Positions 38,588 through 47,851 of a stretch of 64,000 bases of DNA are shown in pieces. Numbering within the stretch: the stretch's first letter is position 1; the number at the start of each line of letters is the position of its first letter. The notes under the pieces were generated by a model. The model searched no databases. It saw nothing but the letters and a program-made list of their open reading frames with translations, and was not told the origin of the DNA. Source of the DNA: Candidatus Poribacteria bacterium (GTDB taxonomy: Bacteria; Poribacteria; WGA-4E; WGA-3G). The stretch lies in the NCBI GenBank assembly GCA_965205015.1, contig OZ242029.1, forward strand, positions 1,408,001 through 1,472,000, written 5' to 3'. The position numbers and the translations under genes were made by a program.

Positions 38588-39769
38588 TTATTTTTTCAAG
38601 GCTGCCCAAGTGCCGACCTGTTTCCGTCTAACCAGACTCGGTGCCGCCGGCGCCGGTTGCTTGTAGAACCCGGGAGACCCCATGTCTTCCCGATGTCCAT
38701 AGTAATAAACCTCCGAGGGCGACTCGCTCGGGACGACCTGATAAGAGACCCGCGCCTGGTTCTGATGGAGCGGTGCCACCGGATCCCCTAACGCACCAAA
38801 AGCTTCCCGACCGAGACGGTGAATCTCTGTGCCATCGGCATCCGTCAACACCCAGCCGAGTTTGAGGACGTTCTCTATGTTCAAGTTGTAGACCTGTGTG
38901 GAAACCTCTATCCCGGAAAACTTTCTCGCCGGGAGACGTTGCGTTGCTAAGATGACAACACCGCCCCCTGGAATACTAAACCCGTCCTCTGTTGCGGCGA
39001 GTGTCAGTGTGTGGACTTTATGGGGGGCGGTGGCCGACCGTCGGGTGGCGTATTGGAACGTGTAGCCTTTGAGGTTGACGGTTTCCTCGGTGTTGGGGTT
39101 ATATACCTCAATCCACTGTGGTAATCCACCACTCCCAGCAGACCAATCTCTGACCATATACTCTGTCACGCGTATCGGTTGCATCAGCGGAGACCCGGGG
39201 CGCCTTTCTTGAGACGCATTTGTCTCAATAGGGACCACCGATTGCGGGGGACCGGATGTCCTTGCCGGCGATTCAGTTGTGGTGTCTGGGGTGGTAGCCG
39301 GTGGACTGTTTCCCGTCCCTGTTGTAACGGGTATATCAGACACTGGGTCCACTGGAGGATCCGGTGTTGGATTCACTACTGCGGGATCTGGTGTTATATC
39401 CCGTTGACTTACCCTTAAACCTAAACCAGTCTGACTGCTACCTCCTCCCCGTTCCTGAACAGGCGGTTCCGGGTACCGTGAAGGATCCCACTCCGGTGAA
39501 GGCACTGACGGTCTCGGCGGTATCGTATTCTTATCACGGCTAAAATGAGCAATTAGGGTCCTGCCATCAGAATATTTATATTCATGCGTATGGACCCCTT
39601 CTTCGCCAGCTCTGGCAACATCGTGATAAGTCATCTCAACAGTAACCCCATCTCTTTTTGGTTCTTCAACCTCATGTGCGCTCACATACGATACTGTAAA
39701 TATAACCGCAGTCAAAGCGAGGGCACAGAGAATAGATAAAATGCTGAATCTAAACATTTTGAAATTCAT
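38588..39769 (-). CDS. Secreted lamin-tail-domain protein, paralog A
   Basis: Signal peptide, P/T linker, IRVTEYM..QWIEVYNP..VNLKGY; tail GTWAALKK. Confidence 0.85.
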   Translation of the reverse strand: MNFKMFRFSILSILCALALTAVIFTVSYVSAHEVEEPKRDGVTVEMTYHDVARAGEEGVHTHEYKYSDGRTLIAHFSRDKNTIPPRPSVPSPEWDPSRYPEPPVQERGGGSSQTGLGLRVSQRDITPDPAVVNPTPDPPVDPVSDIPVTTGTGNSPPATTPDTTTESPARTSGPPQSVVPIETNASQERRPGSPLMQPIRVTEYMVRDWSAGSGGLPQWIEVYNPNTEETVNLKGYTFQYATRRSATAPHKVHTLTLAATEDGFSIPGGGVVILATQRLPARKFSGIEVSTQVYNLNIENVLKLGWVLTDADGTEIHRLGREAFGALGDPVAPLHQNQARVSYQVVPSESPSEVYYYGHREDMGSPGFYKQPAPAAPSLVRRKQVGTWAALKK

Positions 39770-39781
39770 TTTTACATACCC

Positions 39782-40048
39782 TGCTGTGGAGATGGTCAAA
39801 AAAAAGGGGTCTCTATTAGTTTTCATACGCGTTAGTAGAAAGACTTTCATCTTGCGAAGAGGACTGAGCGCCAGAGGCGGGTCGCTTGACGCTTCAAACG
39901 TCTCCTCCTTTCTAATGCCCTATAGTTACTTGGGTCACTTTTTACTTATTTATCATATAAAATATAAATGACATAGGTAACTAAGGATTATACAAAATTT
40001 TCAGATAAAAAGCAAATTATATCTACAAAAATTGCTAATTTTTCTTAA
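39782..40048 (-). repeat. Duplicated promoter/leader module, copy A
   Basis: Near-identical to 41724-41988; TTGCTT(40015)-17-TATAAT(39987). Confidence 0.9.
39847..39897 (-). CDS. Putative 16-aa leader peptide MKRQATRLWRSVLFAR (copy A)
   Basis: AGAAAGGAGG SD, TTG start; same peptide in copy B. Confidence 0.55.
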   Translation of the reverse strand: MKRQATRLWRSVLFAR

Positions 40049-40144
40049 AAAACGATGTCAACCGATGTAGATCGCCATGAGAATGCACGCAAAGCCGCTG
40101 AATCTTGTGGGGGTCTATCGGTGCCCCCCACAAGAGATAAAACC

Positions 40145-41440
40145 TTATTTTTTCAAGGCTGCCCAAGTGCCGACCTGTTTCCGTCTAACCAGACTCGGTG
40201 CCGCCGGCGCCGGTTGCTTGTAGAACCCGGGAGACCCCATGTCTTCCCGATGTCCATAGTAATAAACCTCCGGGGGCGACTCGCTCGGGACGACCTGATA
40301 AGAGACACGCGCCCCGTTCTGATGGAGCGGTGCCACCGGATCCCCTAACGCACTAAAGGCAGCCCTACCGAGACGCTGAATCTCCTTGCCATCGGCATCC
40401 GTCAACACCCACCCGCGTTTGAGGACGTTGTCTATGCTCAGGTTGTAGACCTGGGAGGCTCCAATACCGGAAAATCGCCATGCCGAAACTGTTTCGGTTG
40501 ATAGGATCGCGACACCGCCTCCCGCGATGCTGAACCCGTCCTCTGTTCCGGCGAGTGTCAGCGTATGGACTTTATAGGGGGCGGTGGCTGACCGTCGGGT
40601 GGCGTATTGGAACGTGTAGCCTTTGAGGTTGACTGCCTCGGTGTTGGGGTTATACACCTCAATCCACTGTGGTAATCCACCACTCCCAGCAGACCAATCT
40701 CTGACCATATACTCTGTGATGCGTATGGGTAATAAAGGTTGAGGCTCGGGTTGCGTTTCTGGTGTACCCTCAAGCGTTGTTCCGTATTTTTGTTGGGCTC
40801 TGAGGAAATTTTGTTCTGTGCTTGTGTCCACAGGGGTTCCGCTATCACCTGTTTCGGATGTCCCTTCAGATGTGCCACCCGTTGCTACCGTTGTGGGTTG
40901 AGGAACCGTCGGTTGGGTAACCGTTGGTTGATTATTAGGCGGCTGATTATTCGGTGGTTGATTATTCGGTGGCTGATCCACAGTCGTATCTGTGCGCCTA
41001 CCTACTCCATCGTGGTCGAAACTCCATGAAAGACCCGGGTGCGTGTGATCATCATCTCCTAGAGTATACGCGTGCGTGTGTGTCCCTGTATGTGTGTGAA
41101 CCACGTAGTCGTCATGTTGGTGGGTATAAAGGGTATGCGTATGCTCTGTATCGACGAGCTCTTCGCGCACCCAGTCTGTAATACCCTCATCATTAGAATG
41201 GAGATCACCGTGGGGAGTTTTCCAATGCTCGTGATACCGGGCGGGATCACCCTCCCCTCCGCCAGCCGTCGTCCCATAGTGCGAGTGGATTGCATTGCTA
41301 TGACAATGCCGCTTTCCATCATGATCATGACAAATAGTAACGTAATTAGGATTAGCAGGTGTGTGTGCGTATACAGATGAAATAGCCGTCAATACACTAA
41401 AAACGAATAAGACGCTAAAAGTCAGTATTCTTGAAACCAT
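40145..41440 (-). CDS. Secreted His-rich lamin-tail-domain protein, paralog B
   Basis: AAGGAG RBS, signal peptide, HxH-rich region, QPPNN x3, LTD, GTWAALKK. Confidence 0.85.
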   Translation of the reverse strand: MVSRILTFSVLFVFSVLTAISSVYAHTPANPNYVTICHDHDGKRHCHSNAIHSHYGTTAGGGEGDPARYHEHWKTPHGDLHSNDEGITDWVREELVDTEHTHTLYTHQHDDYVVHTHTGTHTHAYTLGDDDHTHPGLSWSFDHDGVGRRTDTTVDQPPNNQPPNNQPPNNQPTVTQPTVPQPTTVATGGTSEGTSETGDSGTPVDTSTEQNFLRAQQKYGTTLEGTPETQPEPQPLLPIRITEYMVRDWSAGSGGLPQWIEVYNPNTEAVNLKGYTFQYATRRSATAPYKVHTLTLAGTEDGFSIAGGGVAILSTETVSAWRFSGIGASQVYNLSIDNVLKRGWVLTDADGKEIQRLGRAAFSALGDPVAPLHQNGARVSYQVVPSESPPEVYYYGHREDMGSPGFYKQPAPAAPSLVRRKQVGTWAALKK

Positions 41441-41723
41441 TTTTCTAAATCTCCTTTTTTTGTAGACGTTGAAAGAATAACCGTTATCAAAACAAACGGT
41501 CGCGATACTTGCTGTAACAAAAATAGCCCGCAACGCGGCAAGCGTGTGGAAACGCAGCGCGGGCGGGCGCGCAAAAAAAAACCGCGACAGCAGCAGCGCT
41601 GCGGACGCAGTTCATGAGATAGATATGTAAAATTACTCTACTTGAGTTGAGTGGGGGGGGGAGACTCGCGTCTTGACTAACGACACACCAGCCGGATACC
41701 GGGACCCAGCACAGAGGCACGTT

Positions 41724-41988
41724 TGCTGTGGAGATGTTCAGAAGAAGGGGGTCTCTATTAGTTTTCATACGCGTTGGTAGAAAGGCTTTCATCTTGCGAA
41801 GAGGACTGAGCGCCAGAGGCGGGTCGCTTGACGTTTCAAACGTCCCCTCCTTTCTAATGCTCTATAGTTACTTGGGTCACTTTTTACTTATTCATTATAT
41901 AAAATATGAACGGCATAGGTAACTAAATGATACAAAATTTTCAGGTAAAAAGCAAATTATATTTACAAAAACTGCTAATTTTTCTTAA
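41724..41988 (-). repeat. Duplicated promoter/leader module, copy B
   Basis: TTGCTT-17-TATCAT; same hairpin and uORF as copy A. Confidence 0.9.
41789..41839 (-). CDS. Putative 16-aa leader peptide (copy B)
   Basis: Differs from copy A only by synonymous AAG/AAA. Confidence 0.55.
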   Translation of the reverse strand: MKRQATRLWRSVLFAR

Positions 41989-42110
41989 GAAAGTGGATAA
42001 CATTTTAAGATTTGACCGAAAATGAAATGCGTGATAATATACACTCTTAACTTATATGAAAAGGTCAATGGCCTCGCCTTAAATCACCTGACTGTCCTTA
42101 GGGAAATATA

Positions 42111-45035
42111 TTGATGACAACCAACACCTTGCAAGACCTGATTGCACGTTGCCACCAACGGCACGAGAAACCCCTTAAGCAACGCAAGTCGATCGTAGGA
42201 CCCCTGCTTTATCAAGGACTTCCTTACCATTTCACAGTCTATTGTGCACACAGACACCCTGTGATGCTTCAAGACTTGGAGGCGGCAGATATTTCCTTTA
42301 TGCCGATAGGACGGGTCCCGGGCAACGATCGCCCGCCGCGAGCTTTTGGGGGCAAACGGTTCTTGAAACGCCAACAGGCGACAGACTGGGAAATCCTTTA
42401 CTGGCATAAGTCGTGGGGGGTTCAAGTGTATACGGGTATCCCCTCAGCACGCGACAGCGCGTCATGGCATGACATCGACTTTAAGTATGAAGCCATCTGC
42501 GCCGCACCCGATGCCGTTTTTGCCTGCGTTCAGGCACTCGTTGATGCCGTTGAGAACCCGTTGCTAACGCTGTCAAAGTCGGGGGGACTGCGTTTTTCTT
42601 GCAGGATACCGGGGTATCTACATCCGAACACCCAGCAGGCACGGCTGTATATTCATAAGCACACACCGACATCGGAGAATCCGCACCAGCACGACACGTA
42701 TCTTGAAATTTTGGGTGAGCAGGGATATAGTTGCTGGGATGCGCGCTATGAAATTCTGCTCGGAGATCTGTTAGATCCGCCTGTGATTTCCAAAGAGGTG
42801 CTTTTTCCGCCTATTGACGCGCTTCGCGCTGCACTTCACAAACCTATCCCCCAAAACGTCCAACACGAGGCGCACCGCCCCGAGGCACCATATTCTCTCG
42901 GATCGGGTAACCTTAACCTCGCGAAAGAGGCATTTTTCAAGCGCGGGTTTTCTTATGCCAGACAAGCGGATGGAATTCACTATTGGAACCAACGGGGGAG
43001 TGAGACGGGCAATACAGAGGTATCATTGTGGGAGCGCGAAGGGACCGTATGGATATGTGCGTCTACACCTGAAACCGGGGTGCCTACAGACGCAACGCCA
43101 ATCACAGATGTTTGGAACGATACCGGGATCCTGCCACCGATCCCCGAGACAGGGCTGCCTATAGACGATAAGGTGCTTGCCATTCGGGAAGGAAAACTCA
43201 GTCCACTCTCAATGAAACGTCCCAAGCCGGTGTTAGACAAGTTGAGACCTACCGAAAAGATGGATGAAACACGCGAAGAAATTTGGGTTCAGATGCAGCG
43301 TGCTATCGATGCGGGGGTGAGCGTTCTTGGATTTATTCCCGCGGTAAATTCAGAGAAAGACGGTGAAGTCGGCACCACCCTGCGTCGCAATGGCGCAATC
43401 TGTTTAAATGTGCCGGATGCTGCGCTTGCGGCAGGCATAGAACAATTTTTTCAAAAGCAAAATGTGGGATCAGACGCACAAATACGCCAAGATTACCGAT
43501 TGTTTTTGGACCCACAATACGCAAAAATAGCCGAACAAATTCTCGAAGTGCGCGATGGAACACAGCAGCTCTGTATCATCAATATCACGAGAGAGAATGA
43601 CCTGTTTCTTAAATGCGAACTCCCAAAAACGACCTTGGAGAACTGGATTGCCAACTATCAGGAGAGTGCCTTAGGATACCTTGCCACAGCCCTCCTGAAT
43701 GCAATCGAAATCAGAGATAAATCTCATGTCAATTTTATCAAACGACTTCGGACAGTGATACAGGCATTTCAATGGCGGGAAGCAGAGATCATCCAACAGA
43801 TGTGCCACGGCGAGGTGGCGACGGTTGAAAACATTCAAGAGTTTCCAACCGTTTCTTCGGATCCAAACTGGACGTTTTGGCATCAAGTCAAACGCTTCTT
43901 TGCACATTACACGCGGGACACTGATGCTCCGATGCGATGGAAGAACCAAGTGCTACGCTTCTGGGTGCCGCCGGTGCTGCATCCACGCATCAAACACCTT
44001 TTTGTCACCTCATCGGCGCTCTACGGCGAGCATCTCCGTCGAGCGTTCCTGGATGCGGAAACCGAGACCCTTCCTGCCCAACCCATGGCGTGGGTACCTG
44101 GAAACTGCGTTTTTCAGATTCGCACCGGTACGTATCCACGGCGGACACTCTTAGACCTCTACAACACTTGGGACGTTTTTGGAATTTCTGAAACCGGGCA
44201 GCAGATTTTTTCCAGGATCCAAACTGAAATAGAAAGGGATCCGAGTGTTAAGCACGGCATTCTCACCCACGATCAGGCAATTAAACAGTTGGGGAATATC
44301 GCGAAAAATGAGAATGTCTGTTTCCTGACGGGATTCCGAAACAGAAAAGGATTGGAAACCGCTTTTCAAGAAGCAGAAGTCATCTGGATAGTGGGCATGC
44401 CGGAAATGGGACCCCGCGCCATTTTACAGCGCACCCAGGTCCTGTTTGGAAACGACGAAGAACCGCTTTCTTATGAAATGGAACGTGAGTCCTACCGTTA
44501 CAAAGACGGGCGCGCCCAGAGCGTCTATGAAAAGGATATCGTCTCCATATTCACACAGGTTATAGCGTTAGCGCAACTCAACCGTTTGGCAAATAAGAAA
44601 GTTATGTTGATTACGGGTTTGCGAATTCCTGGGATTACCGACAGACCTGAAACCCACCTTTTTGACTGGGAAGATCTTGAGGTCGCCGGTCGCTTAGACA
44701 AACTTTCTGAGGCGATAGCGACACGCCAACGCTTTGAAAGAGAACGGGACAATCTAACGGCTGAATCCAGCAGAAAAGAGGTAGAGCGGGTTCTCGGATG
44801 CTCCCCAAGGCAGGCGAGTCGAGTGTTGCAAAAGTTAAGGGGCGGGAAAATTGTCCGAGCGCCGCTCCGCGAGCAGATCCTCGCGCTTCTTGCCGATGGA
44901 GAGAAAAAAACACCCGAACTCACCGCAGCGATTCAAGGACACCCAAAAGCAATAAATACAAAACTCACGCGCCTTGTCAACGCCGGTGAAATTGTAAAGG
45001 TGCGACGGGGCGTGTATAGGCTGCCAGAACATTAG
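42111..45035 (+). CDS. Large hypothetical protein: primase-polymerase-like N-terminus, C-terminal HTH domains
   Basis: WHDIDF, LSKSGGLRF; C-terminal LTRLVNAGEIVKVRRGVYRL winged helix. Confidence 0.7.
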   Translation: MMTTNTLQDLIARCHQRHEKPLKQRKSIVGPLLYQGLPYHFTVYCAHRHPVMLQDLEAADISFMPIGRVPGNDRPPRAFGGKRFLKRQQATDWEILYWHKSWGVQVYTGIPSARDSASWHDIDFKYEAICAAPDAVFACVQALVDAVENPLLTLSKSGGLRFSCRIPGYLHPNTQQARLYIHKHTPTSENPHQHDTYLEILGEQGYSCWDARYEILLGDLLDPPVISKEVLFPPIDALRAALHKPIPQNVQHEAHRPEAPYSLGSGNLNLAKEAFFKRGFSYARQADGIHYWNQRGSETGNTEVSLWEREGTVWICASTPETGVPTDATPITDVWNDTGILPPIPETGLPIDDKVLAIREGKLSPLSMKRPKPVLDKLRPTEKMDETREEIWVQMQRAIDAGVSVLGFIPAVNSEKDGEVGTTLRRNGAICLNVPDAALAAGIEQFFQKQNVGSDAQIRQDYRLFLDPQYAKIAEQILEVRDGTQQLCIINITRENDLFLKCELPKTTLENWIANYQESALGYLATALLNAIEIRDKSHVNFIKRLRTVIQAFQWREAEIIQQMCHGEVATVENIQEFPTVSSDPNWTFWHQVKRFFAHYTRDTDAPMRWKNQVLRFWVPPVLHPRIKHLFVTSSALYGEHLRRAFLDAETETLPAQPMAWVPGNCVFQIRTGTYPRRTLLDLYNTWDVFGISETGQQIFSRIQTEIERDPSVKHGILTHDQAIKQLGNIAKNENVCFLTGFRNRKGLETAFQEAEVIWIVGMPEMGPRAILQRTQVLFGNDEEPLSYEMERESYRYKDGRAQSVYEKDIVSIFTQVIALAQLNRLANKKVMLITGLRIPGITDRPETHLFDWEDLEVAGRLDKLSEAIATRQRFERERDNLTAESSRKEVERVLGCSPRQASRVLQKLRGGKIVRAPLREQILALLADGEKKTPELTAAIQGHPKAINTKLTRLVNAGEIVKVRRGVYRLPEH

Positions 45036-45172
45036 GACAGAAGGATGCGTCTTATGCACCAGCTGCACACCAGTGAGGTGGCTACAGAAACCCACCCTAT
45101 CTATTAAAGCCCATAATCACCTATTCACCTTTTATAGTTGGCGAGGTTAGGAAACCTCGCCAGCAAAGCGAG

Positions 45173-45467
45173 AGTAGGCGTAGTCCAGTTAGGTCAATGT
45201 ACCCAAGCCTAAAGGCATTGGGCTTGTAAAAAGCCTGTTTGCCTCGTGCTTCGTTAGTGTTTCTCGTTTCATAGAGGGTCGTAACCGACCGCTCTCCACG
45301 AAGGGTGCAAGCCACCCTAAAAAAGTTTCTCGCTGGCGGTTAAGCCAATACAAAATGCGAGAGTGCCCACCTCAAGTTTCTGTTTCTTTTCCGTATTGTG
45401 CTGTAGCTTTACACAAGTCGCACACGGGGATAGCGAACAGCAGCATAACTTGCAACCTTGCACTACG
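45173..45467 (-). ncRNA. TnpB omega-RNA-like transcript with 3' flank-derived guide
   Basis: TTCG-TGGAG...TGAAA-CGAG-AA core; upstream consensus promoter; no ORF. Confidence 0.6.
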
Positions 45468-45589
45468 AAAGATATTATACCACAACTTCGGACCAAGTGT
45501 CAAAGAAAAAATGAACACTTTGGTCCTTTCCAAGAGGGCGGATTTTCCTCCCAAACTTAAAAGTTTGGGCTTCCAATCCGTAAACTTAG
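45193..45589 (-). mobile_element. Non-autonomous IS200/IS605 mini-element without tnpA/tnpB
   Basis: Related subterminal hairpins AAGCCCAAACTTTTAAGTTTGGG (left) and AAGCCCAATGCCTTTAGGCTTGGG..TTGAC (right); left boundary 45579-45589. Confidence 0.72.
45474..45503 (-). promoter_or_regulatory. sigma70 promoter inside the mini-element
   Basis: TTGACA-18-TATAAT with TGn extension. Confidence 0.8.
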
Positions 45590-45609
45590 GTGAAAGAACC
45601 CTACCGTGT

Positions 45610-46428
45610 TTAAGTACCCCACGATTCAAGCCCAAGGAGTTTTTCTCCTAAAGGGGTCAACTCGGCTGTCTTACCCTGGTAATGCTCTTTCTCTTTTGTC
45701 TCTCTTCCGAGGCCCGTTAGACGTTCACGCCATCCCTCAATTCGGGACGCAGCATTGCCATTCTCCGGTGCAGGCGACATCGTGATGTATTGCGCCATGC
45801 GGGGACGCTCAGCGGAGTTCGGACTACTGCCGTGTGGCAATGCGCTATGCCAAATGACCAAGTCTCCAGCTTTCCCTGCGACCGGCACCGCCTCCGCTTG
45901 ATAGTCTCGCACGACTTCTTTCGGATTCGCGTCATCAGGTAAGCCGTTCAACCAGTTTTCCAACTTCCGATGAAAACCCGGAATACAGGTGAATGCGCCT
46001 TGATTCCCAGGGGTATCCGCCAGATACAAAACACCCTGCACCTTTAAGCGCACCGGCATATTGTCCAATGACATATCCCAATGCAAAAACGGACCCGTGA
46101 ACGTATAATCCGAACGTTCGGGTGGGTTCATACTCGCCCGATCAAAACTGACCCAGAGTTTCTCAGTACTCCAAATCTCAGAGAACGCCTGATGCACACG
46201 AGGATATTGACGGTTATCCCATAACGCTTGGTGTTGATAAATCTCCACCATGATGCTTCGGCGCGGTGGGTCGGGATACCAACTGTCCGGATCATCACGG
46301 TCCATTTCAAGAAAATCCCAGACAGCCTGTTCCGCGGCTCGGCAATTCTCAAGTGGCACCGCTTCCGGCACAACGACGTAACCGTTCTCTTCCCAAAATT
46401 CTAAGGCTTCTGCGTCAAAAACTGGCAT
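45610..46428 (-). CDS. Phytanoyl-CoA dioxygenase (PhyH) family protein
   Basis: FWEENGYVVV, LHWD, GDLVIWHSALPHGS. Confidence 0.9.
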   Translation of the reverse strand: MPVFDAEALEFWEENGYVVVPEAVPLENCRAAEQAVWDFLEMDRDDPDSWYPDPPRRSIMVEIYQHQALWDNRQYPRVHQAFSEIWSTEKLWVSFDRASMNPPERSDYTFTGPFLHWDMSLDNMPVRLKVQGVLYLADTPGNQGAFTCIPGFHRKLENWLNGLPDDANPKEVVRDYQAEAVPVAGKAGDLVIWHSALPHGSSPNSAERPRMAQYITMSPAPENGNAASRIEGWRERLTGLGRETKEKEHYQGKTAELTPLGEKLLGLESWGT

Positions 46429-46738
46429 GAGTCTCTCCTTAACGTGAGTTCGGTAAATCATAGTACATTTTTCTATAGACCTATTGCTCCGATGGAGCAA
46501 AAAACGACTTCGTGTGACGCGAGTTGGGTCACCCGTGTAGCATTCGTTAGATCGCAACTTGGGTTAACGTAGTTTTAAGAATACCACAAAAGATTACGCA
46601 AATCAAACTTTTCGATGACACTCGCGTGTCATCCAACGTTTGAAAAATTTTCTTGCAATCAATTGCGCCTTGTGCTAAAGTACGGATACTCCGATCTACA
46701 AAATTGAGTGAACATTGAGACGAAGGAGAAAGCTCACA

Positions 46739-47692
46739 ATGCTTAAAGCAGGATTTATCGGTGCAGGGGGACGCAGTCAGGGGGCGCATTATCCAAACGT
46801 GAATCGACTGGAAGATGATGTCGAGATGCTCGGCGCCTGTGAACTCGACGAGGAGAAACTCGCGCAGGTTGCCCAGAAATATGAGTTTCCGCACACCTTC
46901 ACAGACCACCGGAAGATGCTGGACACCTTAGACTTAGATGTCGTTTATTGTGTGATGAACGAGAAGTGGATTTTGCAACCCGCTCTGGATTGCCTCAACG
47001 CCGGCAAGCATCTGTTCATCGAAAAACCACCGGGGGCGAATAGCGATGAAACGCAACAACTCCTTGAGGCAGCAGTCGCCAACGATGTCTACTGCATGGT
47101 CGGATTTCAGCGTAGATATGCCGCCGTTACGCGCGAAGCCATGCGACGCGTCGCAGAAAAGGGACCCGTCACGTTAGCCGTCACCACCTTTAACAAGCAA
47201 ATGCTCGGGGGCAACCGAGAATTTACGACAACGCTTTGGAACGATGTCTGCCACGTCGTCGATCTCCTCCGCTATATGGCAGGGGGTGAGCCGGTGGAAG
47301 TTACGGCGCATCGCGACACATTCGATGCCGAACAACGCAACTTCTACACCGCCTTCGTCCGGTTCGATAACAACGTTACAGGTGTGCTTTTTGGGAGCCG
47401 TGCCTCCGGCGGACGCGTGTTGCGCTCCGAATTGCACGGTGTCGGCATCGGCTGTTACATGAAAATTCCAGAAGAAATCGAAATTTATGAGGATAACGAC
47501 AGATCCGTTATGGGAGGCTGGGAAGTTGACGGCGTGGACGAGCGCGACACCCCCAACTATGAAGGCGTGCTAACGATGCATCGCCATTTCGCCGATTGCG
47601 TCCGTAACCGGCAAGTCCCCCTCACAGACCTCCGTGATGTTATACATTCTATTCGTTTTGTTGACCAGATAGAGGGTCCGCTACCGGATTAA
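46739..47692 (+). CDS. Gfo/Idh/MocA oxidoreductase
   Basis: GFIGAGG, HLFIEKP, VGFQRRY. Confidence 0.92.
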   Translation: MLKAGFIGAGGRSQGAHYPNVNRLEDDVEMLGACELDEEKLAQVAQKYEFPHTFTDHRKMLDTLDLDVVYCVMNEKWILQPALDCLNAGKHLFIEKPPGANSDETQQLLEAAVANDVYCMVGFQRRYAAVTREAMRRVAEKGPVTLAVTTFNKQMLGGNREFTTTLWNDVCHVVDLLRYMAGGEPVEVTAHRDTFDAEQRNFYTAFVRFDNNVTGVLFGSRASGGRVLRSELHGVGIGCYMKIPEEIEIYEDNDRSVMGGWEVDGVDERDTPNYEGVLTMHRHFADCVRNRQVPLTDLRDVIHSIRFVDQIEGPLPD

Positions 47693-47696
47693 CCGT

Positions 47697-47827
47697 AGGA
47701 CTTACGCCCTCCACGCCTTTATTGGTGGTAAACTTTGGACCGAAGGCGGAGCAAAACCGTTCTCCACCCTTCCAATTTTCCAATTTTCCAATCGTATCAG
47801 CGACGAAAGGGATTTTGCGGAAGTCCT
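47697..47827. mobile_element. Putative 131-bp MITE
   Basis: Inverted ends AGGACTTACGC / GCGGAAGTCCT; same motif at ~2580, ~58786, ~63044. Confidence 0.5.
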
Positions 47828-47851
47828 CACAACGAATTGGAGATTTAACCT

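Noticed and set aside
38588-41440. Diversity-generating retroelement TR/VR pair
   Set aside because: Both repeats are coding paralogs, differences are not adenine-specific, and no RT is present
41487-41792. 101-aa ORF sharing its N-terminus with the 39850 extension
   Set aside because: Differences between the copies are largely non-synonymous and the frame is not joined to paralog B; likely leader sequence
45193-45260. Plus-strand IscB/HEARO omega-RNA start (GTCAA..CTAAAGG..GGGCTTG)
   Set aside because: Expected downstream HEARO features and an iscB ORF are absent; promoter and core motif point to the minus-strand TnpB-type reading
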